DNA of 64,000 bases from IMG/VR virus record IMGVR_UViG_3300012979_000004, positions 1 to 64,000 of that record. One strand, 5' to 3'. This document shows, one piece after another, positions 30,758 through 39,875 of this stretch. The translations under genes and the position numbers were made by a program. The notes below the pieces were generated by a model, which saw only the letters and a list, made by a program, of their open reading frames with translations, made no database searches and had not been told where the DNA came from. Position 1 is the first letter of the stretch, and each line of letters starts with the position of its first letter. Source of the DNA: a virus. Its lineage: Duplodnaviria; Caudoviricetes.

Positions 30758-30816
30758 CAGCGGCTAACATCCGTTACGCGAGTGACACGCTAATAACTGT
30801 TAAAAACTTAAAGCTT

Positions 30817-31377
30817 ATGAAAAACCCTAAAATTACTCCAGAAGAAATTAAGGTTATCAAAGCTGCACAAAATGGAAGCATACCAGCTTTCAATTGTATA
30901 TTTAAAAGATACAAATCGTTTGTAAGCAATATATTATATGGCTACATTAAAGATAAAGATGAAGCTGATGATATAACAAATATTGTATTTTTAAAAGTAT
31001 ACGATAAACTACAGAAATTCACAGCCTATGACTCTTTCGGAGGATGGTTGAGAATTATAGCTAATAATACAGCTGTAGATTATTTACGTAGAACAAAACA
31101 CACACCTATTGTGATTGATAATGTAGATGTCCGACTAACATCTTCAAGATCAATTAGTTCAGATGAAAACGACATTGTCAACCGTTTAACATATGAACAG
31201 ATACTCAAAGAGTTTAACGCCCTCTCTGAGCAAGCACAAAAAGTATGTGAATTGTTTTATATAGATAATATGACATCTGAAAAAATTAGCGAAGTGTTGC
31301 AAATACCAATAGGTACAGTGAAATCACATTTATCTAGGTCACGCAACAAATTACGTAAACAATTTAAAACAATTTAA
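30817..31377 (+). CDS. ECF-type sigma-70 factor
   Basis: Region 2 DEADDITNIVFLKVY...FGGWLRIIANNTAVDYLR; region 4 EKISEVLQIPIGTVKSHLSR. Confidence 0.9.
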   Translation: MKNPKITPEEIKVIKAAQNGSIPAFNCIFKRYKSFVSNILYGYIKDKDEADDITNIVFLKVYDKLQKFTAYDSFGGWLRIIANNTAVDYLRRTKHTPIVIDNVDVRLTSSRSISSDENDIVNRLTYEQILKEFNALSEQAQKVCELFYIDNMTSEKISEVLQIPIGTVKSHLSRSRNKLRKQFKTI

Positions 31378-31379
31378 CT

Positions 31380-31751
31380 ATGGTCTTAACTTGGTTAATA
31401 GTAGGTTTAGCCATCGCTGTAGCGATAGCACGAATCAACCAGAGCAACAAATTGTTCTGGGCTGCATTCACATCTTTGATGTTAGGAATTGCAGTAGGGT
31501 CGTTAATCAACCGAGTGGATCAGGATGAAGAGAGCCTCACACAAGTGTGCCCCACACAGATGGTAGTTGAAACACCAAGCTGTTATAGCTTTTTGGCAGA
31601 TGTTCCAACTACAACCCAGAGCTTTGTGCCAAACACTGTGAGTAAGGATTCCACACTTATAATAAGTGAGGTAACCTCTCTTCACAAAGAGCCATTTAAG
31701 AAAACTCTTACAGATCCACCAGATTGTAAAAACACACTAAAAACAGATTAA
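31380..31751 (+). CDS. Two-TM membrane protein following the sigma gene
   Basis: Two hydrophobic N-terminal helices. Confidence 0.7.
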   Translation: MVLTWLIVGLAIAVAIARINQSNKLFWAAFTSLMLGIAVGSLINRVDQDEESLTQVCPTQMVVETPSCYSFLADVPTTTQSFVPNTVSKDSTLIISEVTSLHKEPFKKTLTDPPDCKNTLKTD

Positions 31752-31789
31752 ACAAACATAGTATTAACTTTTATAAATCCGTAATCAAT

Positions 31790-33169
31790 ATGGGTAAGAA
31801 TAAAACAAAAGGAGCAGTACCTCCAGCACCAAAAGAAGAAAAACCAAAAGTAATCGAGCCAGAAGTAATTGAGACTAAGAAGACTCGTCCAATTAACGTA
31901 ATTGATGCTGACAAGTTGGCAGAAATGAAGCCTATGCCAGGATTGAGTCCAGACAGCATGGTAAACGTAATAAACGGGTTGGATCGTCATTTTATGCAGC
32001 CAAGTGCAGCAGAGAAACTTGGTCTTACACAGGAAACTGTAGACAAGATAAACTCATTCTCAGCACACGCATGGGTAGCAATCGCAACAACAGAAGTGAT
32101 GTTTGGAACAAGCCAGTTTGCACAGACTATTAGACTGTCTCAACTACCAGGTGTTACAGAAGCTGCTAGAAGCATGGGTATCATTATCGACCAGAAAGCT
32201 CTTCCGGCACCGAATGAAGAAGGCCTCATTCAGATTCCTTCCACAGCAATAAAGCCTTCAAAAGAAGCAAAAGAAGCTTTGGAAAAGGAGCATGCAATTC
32301 TTGTAAAGAAGCCAGAAGTAGATCCAAATAGTATTAAAGACGAAAATGGATTGAAGGATGCATTATCATTCATCATGGCAGATCGTGCTAACACAATCGA
32401 CAAGATTGCAGACAGTATCGCATTCTACAAGTCTTATCTGAAGATTCAGGCAGAAAAGTCTGAAAACGCAGAAGAAGAAAAGAAGCGCATTGACGAAATG
32501 AACAATGTTGAAACTCTCAACAAGATTCGTAACATTGTAAAGGAATGTCCTCTTGTCTTATCAGGAATCGGTCGTTCAATGAGCACCTTTGTTGGGAGTT
32601 CCAAAAGTCCTGTTTCAGCATTCTGTATGTTGCGTAACTCCGCTAAGAATCGAAAGACAGGCGAGTATCGTCTTACAGATCGAGAAATTGCAGATTATAC
32701 GCAGATTCTTGTTTCTTGGGCAAATGATTTGAAGATTGCTGACTATAAGAAGCATATTGAAAATCATGAAAAGAACCTTAAGGAGCTTTCTAAGAACAAG
32801 AAAGATAACGCTAAAGGTATCGAAGATGTAAAAGAAAAGATTGAATCTTGTAAAGCTTCTATTAAGCACCTTGAAGAGGTTACAGAAACAATTTTCAATT
32901 CGTCTTCAGATTTCGTAGACGCTCTTCTTGAAAAGTACGCAGAAAAGGACCGACTTGCTACAACAACGTTCAAACACGTACTCGAAGGTTACTATGCTGA
33001 CGTAGATGTAGAAAAGACACCTATCGATACAATCAAGCATAATGTAAAACAGCGTGCAGGTATCATTACAAATTTGTTCCGCAATCCAAGTACACCTATT
33101 ATGGAGTACAGCGAGGCAAACCTTGTAGATGTAACTAAAGTAAAGGAGGACGAAGACTCAAAAAAATAA
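31790..33169 (+). CDS. Hypothetical protein (459 aa)
   Basis: Long intact ORF with coiled-coil segments. Confidence 0.85.
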   Translation: MGKNKTKGAVPPAPKEEKPKVIEPEVIETKKTRPINVIDADKLAEMKPMPGLSPDSMVNVINGLDRHFMQPSAAEKLGLTQETVDKINSFSAHAWVAIATTEVMFGTSQFAQTIRLSQLPGVTEAARSMGIIIDQKALPAPNEEGLIQIPSTAIKPSKEAKEALEKEHAILVKKPEVDPNSIKDENGLKDALSFIMADRANTIDKIADSIAFYKSYLKIQAEKSENAEEEKKRIDEMNNVETLNKIRNIVKECPLVLSGIGRSMSTFVGSSKSPVSAFCMLRNSAKNRKTGEYRLTDREIADYTQILVSWANDLKIADYKKHIENHEKNLKELSKNKKDNAKGIEDVKEKIESCKASIKHLEEVTETIFNSSSDFVDALLEKYAEKDRLATTTFKHVLEGYYADVDVEKTPIDTIKHNVKQRAGIITNLFRNPSTPIMEYSEANLVDVTKVKEDEDSKK

Positions 33170-33260
33170 CCACCACACATAAGCGTTCGTTGTTAAACAG
33201 AATAATCACAAAAGTGAAGACTATGTTTTAACTTATGTGTGGATAAAACGCATAATCAAT

Positions 33261-33731
33261 ATGGCAAAGAAAATAACAACGATCATTTGCTGCATTGCAT
33301 TTACGATTGGAGGATATTTTATATCTTCTATGAATAACGCCAGCTTAACAATCAATAATGCAAAGACAGCAACAGCTGCACCACTGCCACAGGCAGTGAT
33401 ACAGTATCCGAAAGATCTTTTATTAGGTCATACGAACGATGTGGGTCTTATTACAGTCCGTGACACAATCCGTGACACAATTCCACTAGAAATACGTCAT
33501 GATACAATAACAAAGACAAAATACGTAACAAAGTGGAAAACAAAAATAGAATATGTACGAGATACATGTTTTATTGAACAACCAATGGACACCCTATGTG
33601 ATTCGTCACATATGTGTAATGTTGTAGACACAGTTCCAAAAATACAACCAATAGACACTGTGTATGTAACAAAACCAACGTTGGTTATTCCAATACTAGA
33701 ATCTAATGATTCAACAACCGTATCGCTTTAA
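33261..33731 (+). CDS. Secreted or membrane-anchored protein with DT-rich repeats
   Basis: Signal-like N-terminus; VRDTIRDTI, HDTI, DTVYV. Confidence 0.7.
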   Translation: MAKKITTIICCIAFTIGGYFISSMNNASLTINNAKTATAAPLPQAVIQYPKDLLLGHTNDVGLITVRDTIRDTIPLEIRHDTITKTKYVTKWKTKIEYVRDTCFIEQPMDTLCDSSHMCNVVDTVPKIQPIDTVYVTKPTLVIPILESNDSTTVSL

Positions 33732-35850
33732 AGGGTCTCATTAGCCCTTGATACAAATCGCTATCTTATTGTAGTTCGACTCTGCACACCCCACAACTTA
33801 TAGCACGGCGTAATATTCTTTACGCTGTGCTATCTTTAACAAGGGGTGCCGGGAAGATAGCACCTTATACTTGATCCGAGAATATGTATATCTCCACTGG
33901 AGACGAATAGCTTGAAAATAGAGCTACAAAAGGTAGGATGGAAGACACTGAGGCGTGAAGAACCTCTTTGTATTAGGGAGAGCGTTGTATACAAACCCTA
34001 TTCTGATATATGAGAACCGTCTGGTGATATATTCAAGAGAAGACGCATAAGACTCAAAAGGAGCAAAACTGTAAACCGTATCGGACATGTTATATCGATG
34101 TGCATAGATGTAATATAACGAAACACGAGCTGAAACATACTTAAACCAAGACCCAAGTAGAGAAGGATGGAAGGAGTCCATTCACATATCTGAATAGAGG
34201 AACAGTTACCAAAATAAGTATGATGTACAAATTATAGCTGTATCACAGTGTTTGCGAGGTCCAAACTCGTTATAAAGGTGAGACATAAGTTGTGAATAAA
34301 CATTAATGCAGATTCAGATTAGTTCTAACTGAATGCGTACCGTAACTACGTAGCCTAGGTAAGTCCAAACTGGTGCAAATCCAGTGCCTCTCGTTGCCAC
34401 GCGAAGGGGAGTAAGAGGGTAATACGGCTGATTTAATGTGAATAGCAGACCGCCAGGCTTTACTCGTTTATGCGGTTATATAAAAGTAAATGAGTAGGAA
34501 AACGATGCAGGTTTTCATGCGGAACGAGCCCGCGTTCAAAGGCTGATTCAAATACAGCAAATTAGGTAAGCGTAATCTTGTTGTATACGGTAGATTGGAC
34601 AAAAACCAATCGCCCTTAGGTGACCACTATACAGTCAAAAACAATAATTATTTATGCGGATATTATTTGTCTCCACACCCGGTGGATAACACAACTATAT
34701 CTACATTGCAGATTTAGTAAGTACCTTTGAAGGGTTTCAATTATAACCATACATTATGTCCTCTATGGAGTAGTAAGCCAGCATGATATAATTGGTGTTA
34801 TGATTTTTAACCAAAAATACTTCAAATGAAAGCGAAGATTGAATAAAGAATTTAAAAACATGTTTAACAAAATTAGGTGTCCCCTGATAGGGAAAAACTT
34901 ACGTTGTAAGTAAGCAGTACTGAAGTCAGAAACCTGAGTGCCAACCGTAACTCTGAAAAAATTAGACAGAATGCGAAACGAAATGAAGCGTGAGCCAGCA
35001 AGCAGCGTGGATGGAAAGCATAGAGTCGTATACGTCAAAATCGATGGGCAGCTAATCGTAGCCATTAGACGCAGTGCTTGTAGCGTATGCAGGTAATCAC
35101 TATCGCCTGTCTCGCGATGTGTGATAAGCAAGATTAGTGGGTGACAAGAAAATAGACGTATGGGTTGAATTCCCGAGTGTTCGTGCACTATAAACAAAGA
35201 GATGTTTTAGTAAGGTTTATCTCATGACACGAAATAAAACCCCCGTAAGGTCGCAAACAATAGTTGAGAAGAGTTCTGGAGCTCCTAGATCGTTCGATAA
35301 TGAAGCGTACTCCTCACGCAAGCACCCAAAAGCATAAAAAGTTAGGAAACGAGGCCCGTAAGCCAGCGCAATAAACTTACGGCACCAGAGTAAACTGCAA
35401 ATCATTTTAGGAAGATACGTCTTTTGTAAACGGGAAAATATCAAAGATATATCAACCAAAGACATACATTTTACATAATATAGGATATCTCAGCTAGTGA
35501 ACCCTCCACGAATCCTGAATCATTAGAGCACTTAGTGGATAAACTATATCGTTTTTAAATTATAAAAAACAAGTTCATGGATCTTAGTATTCGAGTATAC
35601 ATTTCGACATTCAAAGCTTTAAAAAACGCCATAAATTACGGGCCAGGATGATCTTACCAGTAGATCCCCGCTATATTGTCTATACGATGTAGCTATTTTG
35701 TGACGAAAGCGTGTTAACCATTAGAACAACAATCGAAAACATAATAAGTTAAATGAACAAACTATAACATTTATATATACACGCAGAGTGTATTTCAATT
35801 ATAAGTTTAATCTATCGTTGGTGGAATCAACCACGATATCAAAAAGGATA
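33732..35850 (+). ncRNA. Candidate very large structured ncRNA(s)
   Basis: 2.1 kb without a credible gene; many hairpins, T-loop-like motifs and long-range complementary segments. Confidence 0.6.
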
Positions 35851-35855
35851 GAAAA

Positions 35856-36497
35856 ATGGAAAAAGTAGATTTAAGTCGCATAACAGCAGATAACCGCCCA
35901 GAACTTCGTCTGTTGGGTGGAACATTAGGTACAAAGTATTTCAAGGCAGAAGCACGTGCTGCAATTCTCAATTTTGAGGAACGAAAGGTTGAAGTAGAGC
36001 GCAATGGTAACATTGACATGATTCTCAACCGAACACCACGACGCTTCTATGTCAAGGATTATGATGTACAGAGCGTAGCTCTTGTAACTGATGCGCTCGG
36101 TAGTGCAAAAGTAGTCCTCAACCAGGGTAAGGATGAGGCAGTGTCTATTCCAATCTCTAGCGATGGAAAGACATTCAGCAATGTAACAGATGACGCTCTC
36201 GGAAAGGCTCTTCGTGGAGATCAGAGTATTGTATTCAGCAACGCAAAGAAGCTTGTTGATCAGGTCAATACACTCAACCGCGATGAGAAGGAGCGTTTGC
36301 TCAAGATTGCAGAAGAGATTAAGAAGTCTATTCAGCAGATTGACTCTGCTATCGCAAGCAACGAAAAGAAGGTATCTGATTACTATAAGGAACTCGCAAA
36401 GAGTACTTCTACAGACGATTCTACAACAGTAGTGTTGAATGTAGATGGTAGTTCAGAAACACTGAAGTCTGACGAAATCATTGTAGTAAATAGCTAA
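35856..36497 (+). CDS. Hypothetical protein
   Basis: 213-aa ORF. Confidence 0.8.
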   Translation: MEKVDLSRITADNRPELRLLGGTLGTKYFKAEARAAILNFEERKVEVERNGNIDMILNRTPRRFYVKDYDVQSVALVTDALGSAKVVLNQGKDEAVSIPISSDGKTFSNVTDDALGKALRGDQSIVFSNAKKLVDQVNTLNRDEKERLLKIAEEIKKSIQQIDSAIASNEKKVSDYYKELAKSTSTDDSTTVVLNVDGSSETLKSDEIIVVNS

Positions 36498-36499
36498 CT

Positions 36500-37090
36500 A
36501 TGAGCAAATCGATCAGTGATCGTAGCAAGCTTGTAATTCAGTTATTACTCACAGACAGTAAAATAGCAGAGAGAGTGTTCGAAAACGTAGACGACAAGGA
36601 AAAGTACAAGATTTGTACTATCAAGAACAGCGGAGCTGTAATCCTTGGTAAGACCAGTTGTCGGTTTTGGAATCAACTGTTAAACTGTCAAGATAAGATA
36701 CCGTTTGAGAGCTTTGCTCTAAAAGTATGGGATTCTTTGGTAGATGCTTCAAGTGGTGTAAACAATACCGCTATAATGAAGGGTTTATCTCAAGAAATCA
36801 TCATGAAGTCTGTTCGTGAACATGAATATGACTGGGTTGTAGGGCGTCTTTATGACTGTTGGCGACATGTGGCGCAGAAAAGTGAAGGTTATCAACAAAA
36901 CGTAGCTCCTGCGGGAGCACCGGTTAATCACCAAGGCGTAGAGAAGGTAACAATCACAGATAATGGGCCACGAAAAATCGTCCTCAATATAAACGGTGTA
37001 GAAAAGACAATTCCTATTTTAGATAGCATTGGAGATACATTCAACATAGGCCTTGATTTTGGTATTACTGGAGTGCATCGAATTTACTAA
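36500..37090 (+). CDS. Hypothetical protein
   Basis: 196-aa ORF. Confidence 0.8.
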   Translation: MSKSISDRSKLVIQLLLTDSKIAERVFENVDDKEKYKICTIKNSGAVILGKTSCRFWNQLLNCQDKIPFESFALKVWDSLVDASSGVNNTAIMKGLSQEIIMKSVREHEYDWVVGRLYDCWRHVAQKSEGYQQNVAPAGAPVNHQGVEKVTITDNGPRKIVLNINGVEKTIPILDSIGDTFNIGLDFGITGVHRIY

Positions 37091-37191
37091 ATCTGAGGAT
37101 TTAAGACAAATTCCTGAGGGACATGCGTCTATTTGATAAGATGTATAATAGTAAAATCAACATAAGCTGTTGAATTTCTTCAACACGACAT

Positions 37192-37239
37192 AAAACAAAA
37201 GGTAAAGTTGCGTGCGCGCAATCTAGCCTTTTGTTTTTG
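37192..37239 (+). terminator. Intrinsic terminator-like hairpin
   Basis: AAAACAAAAGG...CCTTTTGTTTTT inverted repeat. Confidence 0.5.
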
Positions 37240-37327
37240 CTTATTGATATGTGAATATCATTTAGCAACTGGCAAATGACTACTCGAATTCAACTATAAA
37301 TTTATGTTTAATTTTAATCAAATCTAT

Positions 37328-37876
37328 ATGAATAAGAAGACATCAATCAAGTTGAACTCAAGTAACATTATTAACATTCGTAAGAACCTTGACACAGAAA
37401 TAACAAAAGCATGGAAGACAATTCGCAATGAAAATGTAATGTCATTCAAGGAAATTAAAGCAGGTCTTGGTTCTGGTAAAGATCTGAAAGCTTTGTATAA
37501 TTATATCACACAGCTTCAGGAAAAACGAATTAAAATTAAGGGTATGCTCATGTATCTAAATATGGGTATTACTACATTTAATTTTGATGAATTTGTTAAA
37601 ACAAATAACTATAATATCTTTGCTGCATGTGAGGCTAAGGAAGCAATTACTCAGCTTAGCTTAATACCAACTTTGAATCCAACCGAAAAGGCAAAGAAGG
37701 GTAAGAACAACATGACTAAGAAAGAAACGTTTACAAGTGCCAAGATTGCTTCATTAAAGAAGAGCTTACAGCTCGAAGCAAATAAGCACGATGCAGCGCT
37801 CGAAAAGTTTAACAAAGAAACAGATATCGATATCACAGGTCTTGAAGAAGATTTCAAGCTTGAACTTACACTATAA
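37328..37876 (+). CDS. Hypothetical coiled-coil protein
   Basis: ORF starting MNKKTSIKL. Confidence 0.8.
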   Translation: MNKKTSIKLNSSNIINIRKNLDTEITKAWKTIRNENVMSFKEIKAGLGSGKDLKALYNYITQLQEKRIKIKGMLMYLNMGITTFNFDEFVKTNNYNIFAACEAKEAITQLSLIPTLNPTEKAKKGKNNMTKKETFTSAKIASLKKSLQLEANKHDAALEKFNKETDIDITGLEEDFKLELTL

Positions 37877-37980
37877 TATCGATATAGTTTGAAGCATGAG
37901 GGCTTTTATGACGGTCGGTTCGTCACAAACTACAAAATACATATTTTCCCACAGTATTAATTCTCTTAAACATAATCAAT

Positions 37981-38523
37981 ATGAAAACAAAGAAGAAGGT
38001 AGATGTAGCAGCAAAACTTGCAGCTCGTCCAAAAAAATATAACCTTATGGTTGGATACGACGAAATACTTGAAACAGAAATCCAAGCTATATTAAAAGAA
38101 AACAAGATAAAGACACAGATCACGACCGCTTGTTACTTTTATATCAAGGGTTTGACAAAAGAAGAAGCAGAACGTATCGGAAACCTGGTGAAAGATGTGA
38201 AATTTGAATTTACATCTCCAAAAACAAACAAATCTAAGGTTTATAAGTTACGATATATATCAATACTACTTGCACCAGACCTGGCTCTTGGTAAAATTAA
38301 ACGAATGCACAAGAAGAAGACATCTGGAACAATACACAGTGCTGGTACAAAAACTACTACATATCAGAAGAAAGTAAAATCCCGAGCTAAGAAGGCGACA
38401 TTGGCTATTCTAAAAGCTGAGAAAAATAAAAATAATTTAAAGAAAGCTATATCTAAGAAAAGCGAATTACATAAAACAGTAAAGCCGATACAGCAGAAAA
38501 TTAACTTTAAGAAAGCAGCGTAG
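37981..38523 (+). CDS. Lys-rich basic protein ending KKAA; TAG stop
   Basis: 180-aa ORF. Confidence 0.75.
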   Translation: MKTKKKVDVAAKLAARPKKYNLMVGYDEILETEIQAILKENKIKTQITTACYFYIKGLTKEEAERIGNLVKDVKFEFTSPKTNKSKVYKLRYISILLAPDLALGKIKRMHKKKTSGTIHSAGTKTTTYQKKVKSRAKKATLAILKAEKNKNNLKKAISKKSELHKTVKPIQQKINFKKAA

Positions 38524-38525
38524 CC

Positions 38526-39074
38526 ATGGGAAAGAAGACCGTAAATAAAAAGCTTAAAAAGAAGCTGAATCGTATACGAAATCAGAAAAACTGTATTCCA
38601 CCTAAAATACAAGCCAATGTTTGGGATATAGATAACGATGGAGTAGAAGCATATCGTAACACACGTCCGTACCAAGAACATGTACCAATAATGGAACGGA
38701 AAGGAAAGTTAAATAAAAAACCTTGGTATATTCTTACTAAAGAAGAACATATCACAATTGACAAATTACGTAAATCTACAAAGATGACACGTGATGATTA
38801 CATTAAAGGGTACATAAAACAAAAAATGGATAAATGGGAGTTAAAACATAAAAAACCACAAGAAAACGATTTATTCTACAATCAAGAACTCCCAAAATGG
38901 ACAAGTGACCGTGAACAACATCACGATAACATAATGTCTATTATATCTAAAAAGTATATAAAACGTTACACAAAACCGTTAATAAATTATGTATTCGACT
39001 CTAAGCATACGTTAAAAAATAATGTAACTAAAAAGCAGGTGAGCACCCGATATGGACTGGGAATAGCTGCATAA
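38526..39074 (+). CDS. Basic protein ending GIAA
   Basis: 182-aa ORF. Confidence 0.75.
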   Translation: MGKKTVNKKLKKKLNRIRNQKNCIPPKIQANVWDIDNDGVEAYRNTRPYQEHVPIMERKGKLNKKPWYILTKEEHITIDKLRKSTKMTRDDYIKGYIKQKMDKWELKHKKPQENDLFYNQELPKWTSDREQHHDNIMSIISKKYIKRYTKPLINYVFDSKHTLKNNVTKKQVSTRYGLGIAA

Positions 39075-39153
39075 TTTATAAAACAAAAAGATTTAATAGT
39101 TTTCCAGGATACCACTGGGCATGTTAAAATATAATCTAGGACACCACTAGATT

Positions 39154-39223
39154 TTGGACATTCTGCTGGTAGAAGTAGTTAAATTTAATTTAACTATGAT
39201 TGGTTCGACTCCGATCTGTCCAA
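39154..39223 (+). ncRNA. Non-canonical tRNA-like cloverleaf with UUA at the loop centre
   Basis: TTGGACA / TTCT-GCTGGT-AGAA / TAGTTAA-ATTTAAT-TTAACTA / GATTGG-TTCGACT-CCGATC / TGTCCAA. Confidence 0.6.
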
Positions 39224-39275
39224 CATATTTATGGTATCTTGCAAAAAATAATAAACAATTTAAAATAATAAAAAG

Positions 39276-39635
39276 ATGAAAAAAACGGAATTACAATTAT
39301 TACTAAAAGATCTTTGCGCAAGAGTACCATATGGCGTAAAGTGCAATGTTGACGGCAGAATAAGACTGTTAACAGGTGTACAATCAGACGGAACATTAAA
39401 GTTTAAAAGTTCAAAATTATCATTTTCGATAAAAGAATGTTGTATAAAACCATATCTATATCCAATAAAAAATATGACAAAAATCGATTTTCTAAAATTT
39501 TGCTCTATAACAGCGGATGATACGATGTTGTTAGTGAAAAAACAAATTGATTTTTTGGAAGAGCACAATTATGATCACGGACATTTGATTGAACACGATT
39601 TGGCGATAGACGCTACAGGTTTAGATGTATACTAA
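39276..39635 (+). CDS. Bacteroidota-phage-type hypothetical protein
   Basis: LLLKDLCARVPYGVKC...IKPYLYP...LIEHDLAIDA. Confidence 0.7.
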   Translation: MKKTELQLLLKDLCARVPYGVKCNVDGRIRLLTGVQSDGTLKFKSSKLSFSIKECCIKPYLYPIKNMTKIDFLKFCSITADDTMLLVKKQIDFLEEHNYDHGHLIEHDLAIDATGLDVY

Positions 39636-39875
39636 AATATGATAACAAATGCGATTGTATTAAATAACACAATACATGTGTTTATAAAAAGTGACTCAAA
39701 TTGTTTAAAGTGTTCATTGCGAAATAAATGTAAGTCTTTTCATGAAGATTCACCATGTATGATATTTGAAGATCATGGGCATTTTGAAATAAAAAAGACT
39801 TGATTTTATCGCAAAATTAAAGTGTAGGGTTTATACATTCCTATAACAAAGTATTAACGCAAAGAACTATAAGTC

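Noticed and set aside
30646-30816. N-terminal extension of the sigma factor in the ORF track
   Set aside because: It overlaps tRNA-Leu; the likely start is ATG 30817
33732-35850. Group II intron or RNase P RNA; minus-strand ORFs 33924-34181, 34763-35197 and 35217-35465
   Set aside because: I found no domain V motif, no reverse transcriptase and no GAGGAAAGTCC-type RNase P core. The ORFs are antisense to the operon and have atypical composition
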